A stretch of 64,000 nt of DNA from positions 83,018,001 through 83,082,000 of the forward strand of contig CM059437.1 of NCBI GenBank assembly GCA_030390025.1. The letters run 5' to 3'. This DNA comes from Squalus acanthias (Eukaryota). The translations under genes were made by a program, and so were the position numbers. The notes under the pieces were generated by a model that did no database searches, had not been told where the DNA came from, and was given only the letters and a program-made list of their open reading frames with translations. Position 1 is the stretch's first letter. The number at the start of each line of letters is the position of its first letter. Positions 13,665-26,130 of this stretch are shown piece after piece.

Positions 13665-13742
13665 CTCTTCAAACTTCTTTTCACTGTAGACATCATTCTT
13701 GTTCATGAAGGTCAGCAAAATCCAGTCACACAAGAACGAGCC
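13665..13742 (-). CDS. P2RX2: P2X2-like coding exon 11 (TM2 end, YxxxK motif)
   Basis: gaacttag|...|gtgaaa, 78 bp. [26 protein letters not shown], near-identical to P2X2 [26 protein letters not shown] and the strongest paralog-diagnostic segment. Confidence 0.95.
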
Positions 13743-14039
13743 CTAAGTTCAGTAAAGACAAATTCATTACTCAAAACATTTTCTATGCAAATCTGATTAT
13801 TGGGAAGTTCCTAGTGAATTCTGGTCATTCACAGAGGACAATGAATGGCAACCCTGTAATGTGGCTTTTATTTCCATCATGGTAGGTGAATGTTTAGTTC
13901 AAGAATAATGACATCTTGAGTCAGTTATGATCAACCTCACGATGAGTGGAAGTTAAATCTGTATTACAGCGACACCCATTCAGTGTCTGGGCATAACAAT
14001 CCTATGTTAACTTTCATTTCAAATAAAGTTTTTCCCTCC

Positions 14040-14430
14040 AGTTTTTTCCTCTCCTAATGCAGACTTACAGTGGGATGCAGTTCCATGGGGCGGGTAACCT
14101 CGCCAATACCTCTCCCAAGTGGCTATTCTTCATATACGAGGCTAGACAGTGAGTTTCAGTAGATTACTCAACCATGGGGAGCATCACAGTTGGGCCTGAT
14201 TCTTTCTCACCTGATGCCCTCATACTATCATCTTCTAGCAGGGACCACTGGATAGTGATGAGAAGCAGAAATCTTGGCTGATTTTCTGACTGGTCTGAGA
14301 CCAACGGTAGTGTCCCTACTGCTGCCCCAGCTGAGATCAATCAACTTCAGCATAGACAAATGATTCAAATTGGAACATTCCTGGGCTCCATGGCTCAGTT
14401 TCATCATTTGGCACTGTACTTACATTAAGC
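14040..14430 (-). mobile_element. ancient tRNA-derived SINE (AmnSINE2-like)
   Basis: Same family as 3635-4000. Confidence 0.6.
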
Positions 14431-14499
14431 TTTGCGTAACCAGGTGCAAATATACCTAAGACAACTTCAGGCTGCTTTTCTCTGCTACCAGCCCACCTC

Positions 14500-15740
14500 T
14501 AAATACCCATGCTTGACCCCTCTGTCCTCACTAACTACCATCCCATCTCCAAATTTCCTTACCTCTCCAAGGTTCTTGAATATATTGTCACCTCCCACAT
14601 CTATACCAATCTATCCTGCAACTCCCTATATGAAGCCCTCCAATTAGGTTTCTGCCCCTCCCACAGTACTGAAACAGCCCTAACCCAGGTCATGAGCAAT
14701 ATTCTCTTTGACTGTAACCCTGGTGCGTTATTCCTCCTTGACCTCTGCAACCTTCAATATAGTCGATCACACAATCCTTCTCCAACACCTTTCCTGCATT
14801 GTCCGCTGCATTGAACGGCCTTTGCTTGGTCACAATCTTACTTATTCAATTGTAGAAAAAGCATCTCTAACAATAGTTTCTCTTTCCATCCTTGGCCTCG
14901 TCCTCTTCCTCATCTAATTCATGCCCTTTGGCAATGACATCCATTTGCATGCTGATGACACCCAGCTTTACCTCTCCACCACTTCTCACAACCCCTCCAC
15001 TGCCTCTGTACTATCAGATTGCTTGTCCAACATCCAGTCTTGGACAAGCCATAATTTCTTCCAGCCAAACATTGGGAATACCAAAGCCATTGCCTTTGGC
15101 CCCCACCACAAACTCCATACCTTCTGCCATGGACTCCATGCCTTGTCCCAGCCACTGTCTCGGGCTGAACCAGACTGTTTGCAGTCTTGATGTCTTGTTC
15201 GACCCTAAGCTGAGCTTCTGAGCTCATAGCCTCTCCGTCACAAAGACCACCTACTTCAATCTCAGTAACATCACCTGCTTCCACACCACCTCAGTCTATC
15301 CACTGCTGAAATCCTCATTCATCCCTCAGACTTAATTACTACAATATTCTCTTGGAAGGCCTCCAATCCTCCAAACTCCATGAACTTCAGCTCATCCAAA
15401 ACTCTGCTGTCCCACATCAAGTCAAGTTTGCCCATTAAACATATCTTTGCTGACGTACCTTGGCTTCCATTCCCCCTTAAATTTAAAATTCTCATTCTTG
15501 TATTTAAATCCTTCTATGGCCTCACCCCTCAATATCTCTAATCTCCTCCAGCCCTACAACTCTCCCCTGTACACTGTTCATCTGATTTTGGCCTCTTGGA
15601 ACTTCCCCCTGTGCCTCATCACTGGCACCATGCCTTCAGCAGCCTAGGTCCCACTCTCTGGAATTCCCTCCCTAAAACTCTTGGACTCTCCATCCCCCTC
15701 AACTCCTTTAAGACCCTCCTCTTTGACAAGCTTTTGGTGC
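14500..15740 (+). mobile_element. L2 LINE fragment, decayed
   Basis: LDPSVLTNYHPIS, HSTETAL, HADDTQLY and LWNSLP pieces. Confidence 0.88.
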
Positions 15741-16034
15741 CCCCTCCTCTCCCTCTTTTACAAGCACCTGCCAATCTGCAAACTTCCCTTACAGCAATTG
15801 AACTCTAATTGGCCTAGGGGTGTGTTTACTTATAGCAATTAAACATTACAGCCTTAAAAAGACAGACCTACTTAAACACAGTTCCAGCTCAACGGCAGAG
15901 TAATTCATTGTGCATTATGTGAGATAACACTCTTGGCATTGTCGAATGTGCATCATGTGACTTAACTTGAGAAATGCCACAGAAGATCCACTAGTGCAGT
16001 ATATAAAACATAAAGAAAACCAGAAAGTACTTAC

Positions 16035-16100
16035 AACTCCAATAGATGTAAGAGCTGCAGCAATATTAATAATTGTTGGGACGATATTAAACTTTCCTGC
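16035..16100 (-). CDS. P2RX2: P2X2-like coding exon 10 (TM2 start)
   Basis: tttcttctag|...|gtaagt, 66 bp. AGKFNIVPTIINIAAALTSIGV. Confidence 0.94.
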
Positions 16101-16867
16101 CTAGAAGAAATGAGAATTGAAGAATTTTAATTTTCTATTTACTGTAATTCTGTAACTGAATTTTCAATTTTTATTGCATTTGATATATCCAGTTAAATAG
16201 GCACAATATGATATATACTGTAGCAGAAACACTTATTAAATTAGAAAGTTTCTGTCGTTTGGGGTGATGCACTGTGGCAGTGTGTTGAAGTATCAAAGTG
16301 AGGTGCCACAAAGGGTAGGGATCCTCTAATCCATTGATTTGCAGATCTCGGATACAATGCTATGAGATATCCAGGCTCTGCTCTGCACCTCCTCCAAGGA
16401 GGAGGAGGTGGAACAGAAGGCAGAGCCTTTGCCAAGTTGCTGTCATATGCTTCTGACACACTGGTGGAGGTACAGAAGCTGCTCACGACCTTGACCACAG
16501 GAGGTTTGTGGTGCAGCCACACCTGTACATGGAGAAAAGTAGAAATATAGGAACTTGATATTCTCCATTCTATTATTGGTAATATGGCAGGTTAAGATGC
16601 AATCCTCTGTTATTGATATGAATATGTAAGATACTGTAACACTGACCACACTGGAAGTTGGTAAATAATCAGGTTTGCATATGACTCCTTTAGATCATCA
16701 ATTAATTGATACACTAGTATTAAAACTTTAAAGCGTTCATTATTGTATTTATTTCTGTAACTCGACAGAGTTTCTATATATTCATCAGGGTAGTTTACTT
16801 ACTATGTAATTGTACATACTATCAGCTAATTCAGCAGGCTAAGGGTATTCAATGAGTAACTACAGAA

Positions 16868-17140
16868 TTCCACCAGGAAGGACAAGGGCAGCAGATGCAT
16901 AGGAAACACCATCACTTACAAGTTCCCCATCTAAGTCACACACCATCCAGACTGACACGTATTGCTGTTCCTTCATTGTTGCTGGATCAAAATCCTGGAA
17001 CTCCCTCCCTAACAGCACTGTGGGAGTACCTTCACCACATGGACTGCAGCGGTTCAAGAGAAGGCTCATCACTACCTTTTCAAGGGCAACTAGGGATGGG
17101 CAATAAATGCTGGCCTTGCTAGTGATGCCCATATCCCAAG
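16868..17140 (+). mobile_element. non-LTR 3' end, same family as 4253-4735
   Basis: caaaatcctggaactccctccctaacagcactgtgggagta..gggcaataaatgctggccttgc. Confidence 0.8.
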
Positions 17141-17469
17141 AAATTATTATTCACTGTAGAGTTCCTGCTTTTTCAGAGTAAGGGTTACTTTCTGTGTAAC
17201 TATACAAAGTTCCTGTTTATTCAGCAGAGTGAGGGATATTTGCTATATAACTGCAGCGCTATGGTTTATGCACCAGGTTAAGGTTTGGTTGCTGTACAAC
17301 TGATTGGAGTACTAGTTTATTCAGTAGAGTAAGCATTACTTGATGTAAAACTTTACGGAATTACTCTACATTCAGTAGAGGAATGGTTATTAGATGTGCA
17401 GTTATATGGAATTATTAGTTTTTCAGTAAAGGGTTACTCGCTCACAGTTCAATCACACCTTCACCTCCA

Positions 17470-19750
17470 CCTTTGATGCCTTTGTCCCCATTTAATTACT
17501 CTCTCTTGCTCTGGTCATTCCCCTCATCTCCGCTCCCTTAAGTCCAAGGGACGCAGACTTGAACATTTATGGCAGACAACTGGTTTAGCCGTTCATTACC
17601 ATATCTGGCTGGACCATATAAAGCACTATCAGGTCCTGCTCTCTGTGGGAGTGAAAGTCCGTATTACCTGAATACCTCGCTATTCTTTCTACGCGGTCTG
17701 TGAGACCAGCACATACTGGGTTAAAAGTTAAAACAGCTTTCTGCTGAGCATAGGTTGTAAATTGGGAAAAGGATGTCTTCAGGGGAAAGATAATAGTAGG
17801 ATGTGTAAGAGTCATTCAGCCATATCCGAATGTGTCAACTTGATAACTCTGTATAAGGAGGGAAAGGTTTTATTGCAGCAATTAAACAATCAGAAGAGTT
17901 GAGAGCCTGGATGTTTAGTTTATGTTATTCCGTGACATTTTTATGTATCTTTGATGTACCATGATTTATTGGTAGTAGGTATGGAATGTAGTGATCAAAG
18001 GTAAAATTTAGTATAAGAAATGTAAGGGAACACGGTTTAGCAACTCACACTGGAATCATGGATAGTGTGTGTCTCAAAAGCAGCTTGTGCTCACACTGGT
18101 TTTGTGAACTGTGTGTCTCAGCAGCTCTCACACTGGTTTTGTGTGGTTTGAAAAGACTTGTGCACTCACACTGGGTGTGGATAGTATGAGGTTTCAATAA
18201 AGACCTGATCCTGCATTACTACAACTGAGTGTGTGTGTAATCTGTCCTTTAAAGCAACGAAACGAAAAAGAACAAGAAAGCAGTCTAACACTCTACTCTG
18301 CCAAAACTGCTCACTATTCTAGGACCATCCTGGAATGCAAAGATAATAACCCCCCGCCCCCCTCCCCGGCTTCTCTTCTCCACTACAAACCATCTTCTTA
18401 AACACCTCTACCCTGCCTCGTCCATCCTCACCTCCAACGAGTGCAAGGACCTCATGGACTTGTCACAAAGCTTCAGATCATCCGTTCAGCTGCCTCTGGC
18501 ATTACCTTCCCTTCCCCAAGCCCACCAGGCCAAACATCCCCTCAGGTTCCCCCCCTGCCCTAGCCCTGAACTCACATCTTTCTCTAGTTTTTCTCCTATC
18601 TCCCCTCGTGCCCTCTCCGAACTCATCTTGTCCATGTGACACACACCCTGCTTCCTTGACCAATCCCACCAAACTGCTGACCATCCAAATTCCCCTCCTG
18701 GCCCCCATGTTAGCTGTTATTGTTAAAGATTCCCTCTCATAAGGTACTGTCCACCTCCCCTTCAAATCTGCTGTCATCAAAAAACGACCTTTGACCCCTC
18801 TGTTCTTACACACTACCACCCCATCTCCAACCAGTGTTTTCCTCTCCAAAGTCCTTGAACGTGTTGTCGCCTCCCAAATCTGTGGCCACCTTTCCCACAA
18901 TTCCATGTTTGAATCTCTCCAATCAGGTTGCCGCTCCTGCCACAGTACTGAAGCGGCCCTTAAAGTCACAAATGGCATCCTATGTGGCTGTGACTGTGGT
19001 AAACTGTACGTCCTCTTGCTTCTTGACCTGTCTGCAGCCTTTGACACGGTTGACCACACCATCCTTCTCCAATGCCTCTCCTCCGTCATCCAGCTGGGTG
19101 GGACTGCCCTCGCCTGATTCCATTATCATCTATCCATCAATAGCCAGAGAATCACCTGCAATGGCTTCTCTTCCCTCTCCTGCACCGTCGCTACTGGTGT
19201 CCCCCAAGGATCTATCCTTGGCCTCCTCCGATTTTTCAATCTACATTCTGCCCCTTGGTGACAACATCCGAAAACACAGTGTCAGGTTCCACATGTATGC
19301 CGACGATACCCAGCTCTACCTCACCACCACCTCTCTCGACTCCTCCACTGTCTCTGATTTGTGTCACAGCTTGTCCGAAATCCAGTCCTGGATGAGCAGA
19401 AATTTGCTCCAATTAAATATTGGAAAGACCGAAGCCATTGTCTTCAGTCCCCTGAGCTCCTCCTATTCTGGCCTCTTGAGCATCCCCGATTTTAATCGCT
19501 CCACCATTGGTGGCCGTGCCTTCAGCTGCATAGGCCCTAGGCTCTGGAATTCCCTCCCTAAACATCTCCGCCTCTCTACCTCTCTCTCTCTTCCTTTAAG
19601 ACGCTCCTTAAAACCGATCTCCATGACCAAGCTTCCATCCTAATATCTCCTTATGTGGCTAGGTGTCAAGTCTTGTTTGATAGTTGTTCCTGTGAAGCGC
19701 CTTGGGACGTTTTATTACATTAAAGGTGCTCATAAATGCAGGTTGTTGTT
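17470..19750 (+). mobile_element. L2 LINE fragment interrupted by a solo LTR
   Basis: [13 protein letters not shown] and [10 protein letters not shown]; 3' tail aaatgcaggttgttgttg. Confidence 0.9.
17644..18290 (+). mobile_element. solo LTR inserted in L2
   Basis: Starts TG and ends CA (647 bp), flanked by CTCTC/CTCTA (5-bp TSD, one mismatch). AATAAA at 18196-18201; internal ctcacactgg repeats. Removing it restores L2 gtcctgctctcctctgccaaaa. Confidence 0.8.
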
Positions 19751-20027
19751 GTAATTGTACAGATTGCAGGGTAAGGGTTATTTACTGTGACTGGAGTTCC
19801 TGTTTTATCTAGAAGAGTAGGGCTAAATTGCTCTGTAACTGATTGGAGATCCAATGGAGATCCCTTTTATTCAGCAGGTTAAGGTGAAGACACATATTTT
19901 TACGATATCCACAGTAGGCCATCTTGCTTTCAGTGGGAGTTTCAATTAACAGAATAATGCTTGATGAACCCTGGACCTACAAACAACAGCATTCCATCAT
20001 GAGAGGCGCGATTTCAGAGTGAAATGA

Positions 20028-20292
20028 AGTGTCAGCTGTGGCTCTGTGGGTAGCACACTCGCCTCTGAGTCAGGAGGTTGTGGGTTCAAGTCCCTCGATC
20101 AACATCACTAAAACAGATTATCTGGTCATTATCACATTGCTGTTTGTGGGAGCTTGCTGTGCGCAAATTGGCCGCCGTGTTTCCCACATTACAACAGTGG
20201 CTACACTTCAAAAAGTACTTCATTGGCTGTAAAGCGCTGTGAGACGTCCGGTGGTCGTGAAAGGCGCTATAGAAATGCAAGTCTTTCTTCTT
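20028..20292 (+). mobile_element. DeuSINE (SacSINE1-like), internally deleted
   Basis: tRNA head gtgggttcaagtccc joined directly to cctcgatcaacatcactaaaacag..gctatagaaatgcaagtctttcttc. Confidence 0.85.
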
Positions 20293-20882
20293 CACTTGCG
20301 CTGGAATGCCTAAGTCTCATTTTTTGGGGAAGAAAAAATACGCCGATTTGCGCATGTGTGAATTGCGTATATTTTTCACGCATGCGCAAATTGCCGTTTA
20401 TCCCGAGATTGAGGCGTTTCTGAAAGTTAGCAGCAGTGTTGAAGCACAACATGGCCAGATTGTTACATAGAGACAGTAGTACTTCACCACATATGAGGCA
20501 GTGTCTTGTCCTGCTCCTCAGTGAGACCGAAGCAGCAGCCTGCACAGTACAGCAACTTCACTAAGTAACTGTAACTTCCATCCACAGAGGAGAGAAGCTT
20601 TGAGCTAAAAAAAAACAAATTTAAAAAGGTTCAACTCCGGCCCAGGAGCATTCAGTTCAACCCCAGGTGCGATTATTATTTTAATTTTGTCTGGGGAGCA
20701 ACGGGGATGTTTCAAGAGTGAGTGCCTGACAGAGACTTAACTCGGAACAACAGCGTCTCCCTGCAAGCCGCACTCGGTTTCACTTTCCGAGTGGCCATCG
20801 CTGCCCATCCCCGGTCACTGCGCCTGCGCGGCCGTGCTCCACGCCGGGACTTGTGGTCGTCGGCTACTTCTACACGGACAGA

Positions 20883-21056
20883 GTGGGTGAGGAGAACTAC
20901 AATAACCAGCGGGCTACTGTTCTGTGGGTGAGGAGAACTACAATAACCAGCGGGCTACTGTTCTGTGGGTGAGGAGAACTACAATAACCAGCGGGCTACT
21001 GTTCTGTGGGTGAGGAGAACTACAATAACCAGCGGGCTACTGTTCTGTGGGTGAGG
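20883..21056. repeat. 41-bp minisatellite, 4 perfect copies plus a partial
   Basis: Unit gtgggtgaggagaactacaataaccagcgggctactgttct starts at 20883, 20924, 20965, 21006 and 21047. Confidence 0.97.
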
Positions 21057-21290
21057 GGTGAGGTTGAGAAACAAGGCAGACTTTGAAGAGTTATGATGTC
21101 ACTTTAGCGGTTTCGCAGTTGTTGTTGTTTGACTTCTCCCGCTCTCGGACTCTTTCCTTGGTGTAAAGTAAGAACCAATTCCCAACTCACAGCACTCTGT
21201 TTAAACCGCACTTTTATTTTTCTCCAGATGCGGTTGGGGGGTGTCACAGAGCCGAACTCCCGCTGGTTCTCTGTCCCCTCTTGCGCAGCT

Positions 21291-21761
21291 TTTTAGCTCC
21301 TGCTCTCCTGGAAGCTGACAAAGATAGAAAAAGAAAGGAACACCTCCCTCCCCTCCCCTCCCCTCCCCTCACTCACTCACTCACCCACCAAACTCGCAGC
21401 TTAACACTCTGTTCCGATCTGCACTCCGTGACAAACTGCACTCTAGCCTCCCTTATTTATACTGCTGAGATTTAAATAAGTGAGCTCTCTGGCAGTTATA
21501 GAACCAGATTAGACCAGTTAATTAATCTCCAGCACAGAGCTTGCTTAGCCCTGCCCAAGCCTGGAAGAAACTTAAAACTTGAAACAGTAAATTTAAATTT
21601 AAGTTAAATGCTAATTGCAAGCACACAAGACTAGATTTTATTTAAAAAAAAGAGATTAACCTTTAACATTCGCTCCCTCACTCACCAAACTCGCAGCTTA
21701 ACACTCTGTTCCGATCTGCACTCCGTGACCTAGTTTTAGCTCCTGCTCTCCTGGAAGCTGA
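21291..21761. repeat. A-B-B-A direct-repeat module
   Basis: Identical 28-bp repeats at 21291-21318 and 21734-21761; identical 47-bp repeats at 21386-21432 and 21683-21729. Confidence 0.9.
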
Positions 21762-21904
21762 GGAGTTTTGATCAATTGAATTCTAGAGACAAATTTCACC
21801 TGCCTCTAATTGCATTGAGTAGACTTGGTGATAGTTAGAACCTACACGGCATGTTGGAAGAAGTAAGCATGACGGGCGGAGGACCTTTTCTCAATCCACA
21901 CTTA

Positions 21905-22685
21905 GGGGGGAATTTTGCCAGCCCTGGGGAGGTGGGTCTGCCAGGAAAATGGCAGAAACTGGGAGCGGGTACCAAGCCCACTCCCAACCTGCCTCCGTGC
22001 CATCTTCCTGGGAGGCAAGTCCCCGACTCGCGCAGGGTCCCGTCTCCGCAAGGCGGGAAGGGGATTACAGCCACTTAACTGCCTGTTAACAGGCAGTTAA
22101 GAGGATTATCTCCATTTTACCAACACAAGTGTTGGCTTCCCGACGGCTGCGAACCTCGCCAGGGTCAGCAAGGCAAGCAGTGGGTCTGCGAGGGTCAGAG
22201 GGGTCGAAATGTGCGCTGTGGAGGTGAGTGATGGGTGCAAGTGTGGACAGGTAAGTATGAGAGGTGAGTGCAAAGTGTTAGAAAAAGTTTACTTACCTTT
22301 GTTTCTTTCTGCAAGCTTCAACCCTTGGGGATCCGGAGGTGCCTCATCTCAACGGCAGAGATGACAGAATGGCTGCTACATTCTCCGATGCAGGAGCCAT
22401 CTGATTTCTGCTAAGGAGAGAGGTTTGGTGAGTCTTCAGTCCAAGGGCTTACCTTTGAACAGAGATTGTCAGTGCTTGAGTGACAGCTTCCCAAAGCTGT
22501 CAAACGATGACGATTCATCGGTCACCGGCTTTCCCTTAATTTGCCGGCTAAGCCCGCAGGGCGGGCTTAACAAGGTCAATCAAGGGAAAATAGCGTGGGT
22601 TGGCCGGATGTCATTGGGGGCGGGACTGAAACCCGACAAGCAGCAGTCACACCCCCAACGCGCCCCCATTGATAAAATCCAGCCC
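21905..22685 (+). mobile_element. PIF/Harbinger-type MITE
   Basis: TTA TSD on both sides; imperfect TIR ggggggaatttt / aaaatccagccc; inverted homolog at 35176-35987. Confidence 0.8.
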
Positions 22686-24619
22686 TTACATTCCAATAAA
22701 AGTATTGAAAAGCAAAGGTGTACGAATAATGTTGAACATTTTAAGACATTTCTTAAGCATTCCTGCTGGAGTTAGTGTGCCAGTTTAACTTAAGTTCTTT
22801 TGTGAGGGTATATCTCTCATATCAAGAGGCCTTCAGAAGGCATTTTCCACAGATACACGGGGAAAATTTAGGAAAGTTTATGGATGAGGGTGCAGGCAGA
22901 TACACAACAGGAACTCCCAACATCCCTTGCATGCAATGAAGCTTTGCAATGATCATAATACCGTGTTTGAGCTTTCTACAATACCTGCATAGTTATACAA
23001 ATAACAGCAATCCCAACAACAACTGCAACTCCCAGCATCCTTTGACTACTTTTGTACATGTGCAAATAGAAGAATGTCCCTGGGATTGCTGAAACTACAT
23101 TTTGTTCAAAAATGAAGCTGCTGAGAAATCCATGTTGGAAAACGTTCTATTTACCCAAAAGATAGCACATGTACTAGGGACACTTACCTAAATTGCTGGT
23201 TGGCAAAGCCAAGGGATTGCCATGTGTGTGCTAAAGGTATTGCTAGTGTTTAACCAACTAAAACCAAGCAGCATACTGGGACATAAATAATTAGGCATGC
23301 AGTTTCAGTATAGGAACCAAGGCAGAATGGCTAATGCAGGAATCATGGGTAGGATAGGGTTAAGTAGAACAGAAATGCGGAGCCAGCTCAAAGAGCTTAA
23401 CTAACTTTTGACTGCAGAATGCACATACTTGAGCAAATCAGACAAAGCAGAAGCAGGAAGCTAAAGCAGAAGAGGTGATTATCAATGGTTAACCACGATG
23501 TAAACTGAGACAACTGTTAAATTAGACAACGGGAACTGCTACATGATAGTCTGAAGGTAATGCTTGTTTCCTAAATTTCAACAGTGACTACACTTCAAAA
23601 GTACTTAATTAGCTGTGAAGTGCTTTGGGACATCCTGAGGTTGTGAAAGGCGCTATATAAATGCAAGTCCTTCTTCTTAAGTTGTATAAATAAGGAACCC
23701 AAAGCAGAGCTAGGTTAGGGACTTCAACTACCTTTGAAGAAAAGTTCCATGAATGACCTGGGTAGATGATCATTCGCGAACCCCCGATTAGTCCTTTACT
23801 CATGAGCATATATATGTAGGGATGCCTTACTCACATGTACTACTCTATATGCAGTCTTAAGATGAATGTTTTGAGATAATAATAAATGTAATGTAACATA
23901 TTATCAGACATATTACTGTCTCTTGAGTCCACAAATCTGTTATTTTGAGTTAAAAGGATAAGGATTATCCAATATCTACCAGCACAGAGCACTGGCAAGC
24001 TTCCCGCTGCCTGTCCAGCCAGGACTACCCTTCAGGGCATTGTATTTCATGATTATCTGGAGTCAAATGGGAAGAGTCTCAGTGCCCAATGCTGATCTAC
24101 TTTTTCAGGTTTCATTAGTCAATCATCAACAGTGTTCCAAAGTACTGCAGATGTGCTTGACTTAAGTACTGGATTACCAAGTTTGATTCTGAGCCACCTT
24201 GCCTTAGCTCCAAAGAAACCCTGCTTACCTTCACGGACCCCGAGGCAAATAGTCACAAGTTGGCTGTGAGACAATTGACAAGCATGTGTTTCAGTCCTCA
24301 CTAGGTAGGCTATAGGTACTAGGAACTCCATGTGAGCAGCATGATGACCAGCATAACTCTCCATAAAATGTGTAAGTACACTGCACAATCTCCTTGACGC
24401 ACAACTGGATGTACACTATTTGCCATTGAATGTGGTTTCACCAGTCAGACATGCAGAGCTTAAGCAGCTTTCCTCTTTGCAACTCAATCATGATGTGCCC
24501 TCGAGAGATGAATGTGTGTTCCCATACTCAGCCTCCAGGTAATGACTTTAGTAGCTGTCATGCCAAACCTCACTGTTTCTTCATCAAGTGTATAATGGAT
24601 GTTAAGAGGCAGGAGGGGA

Positions 24620-25290
24620 ATCCAGAACAGGGCAAAATTAGAAGAACAGAATCTGTAAGCTGGAATATTGAGGTTGAAGAGTTTGCAGAGGTAATATTGG
24701 ACACATAAACAAAATCATTTGTAATGAGGATGAGGATTTTGAAATCAATGTGTTGGGGCAGGGAGGCAATCGAAGTTGGCTAAGACAAGGGTGATAAGTG
24801 GGAGGGACTTATTGTGGGAAAGGGTACATGTGACCTAGGTTTAGACAAGTTGGAGTTTATGTAAGGTGGAGCTCAGGAAGCCAGCAAGGAGAGCATTGGG
24901 GGTGACAAAGACATAGATGAGGGTTTAGGAGTGAGATAAGGATGCTGGTAGGTGGTATGCCGGAGGTGGAAATGCTGGATATCCATCACCAAAAACAACA
25001 TTTTCAACTCCCTCAAGGTTAAACAGGACACTGAGATTGCACATCATCAGATTTAGCCAGAGTGAGCAGCTGGGGAGGGGGACTGAATCAAGGCTACATT
25101 GCAGAGTTTCTAGCAGAGGTCAAAAAGGATATCTTCATTCATGCAAATGTTTAGTTGGAGAAAGCACTGACTAACTAGATGTTAGACAAGCAGTCGGACA
25201 GAACAGTAACAGTCGTGGAGTCAAGGGTAGTGGCAGAGAGGTACAGTTGGATGTCATCAGTGGATGCAGAACACATGCGTTCAGATAATG
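24620..25290 (-). mobile_element. L2 LINE fragment, old
   Basis: DDIQLYLSATTLDSTTVTVLSDCLSNI. Confidence 0.75.
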
Positions 25291-25669
25291 TCATGATGGG
25301 ACAAGTGTATGCACAGGGTGCTCCGCTGTTTAACCGTGAAAGGCACATAGCTTGCCAGCACAGAGCTGTTGCTTGTCTATTTAGGAGCATCCTACTCATT
25401 AGGGCATTGATTTTCATGGTTATCTGGAGCCAAGTGGGGAAATGGCAATACCCAGTCACAGGTCTACCTCTTTGATTCCAATAATGACCTAGGCTGGCTA
25501 GCCAATCAACAGCAGGGCTCTGGAATGGATCTGATTAGCTCAAATATCAGATTACTGAGTCTACCACAGAAGACAGGACTGACTTAGTTCCAATCTTCTA
25601 ACACCAAATGTGCCATCTTTGACCCCCAAAGAGCACCATTCAAGGAGGATCATCATTAGTTGGTCATTA

Positions 25670-26130
25670 GATAACTGACAAACGAGGGATGAGAAACTAT
25701 AGTTATGAGGAAAGACTAGAGATGCTGGAACTATCTCTGCTGGAGCAAATAAGGCTAAGAAGAAATCTAATAAAGGCTTTTAGAATTATGAAGGGTTTGA
25801 TACAGTGAATAGGGAACGACTATTTCCTCTAGTTGGGGAGTCAGTGATGAAGAGTCATCAATTTAAGATTGTCACTAGGAGAGAGAGGTTAGGAGAATTT
25901 TCATTATGCAGAGGGTTCTTGGAACATGGAATGCTTTGCCACAAGGCATGGTTGAGGCAGAACCATTGCATATTTTAAAGGAAAATTGGATAAATATTTG
26001 AAGCAGATGAAGCTACAGGTTTATGGGGAGAGAGTGAGCCAGTGAGATTAGTTTTGGATTGCTCTAGTAAAGAACTGGCACAAATATGATGGGCTGAATG
26101 GCCTCCTTCTATGATGTAAATCTCTATGGT
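25670..26130 (+). mobile_element. CR1 3' fragment
   Basis: tatgaggaaagact..gatgggctgaatggcctccttct tail. Confidence 0.8.

Noticed and set aside
20883-21056. CRISPR-like array (also considered for 36778-39172)
   Set aside because: Head-to-tail tandem units with no unique spacers, no cas genes, and a vertebrate context.
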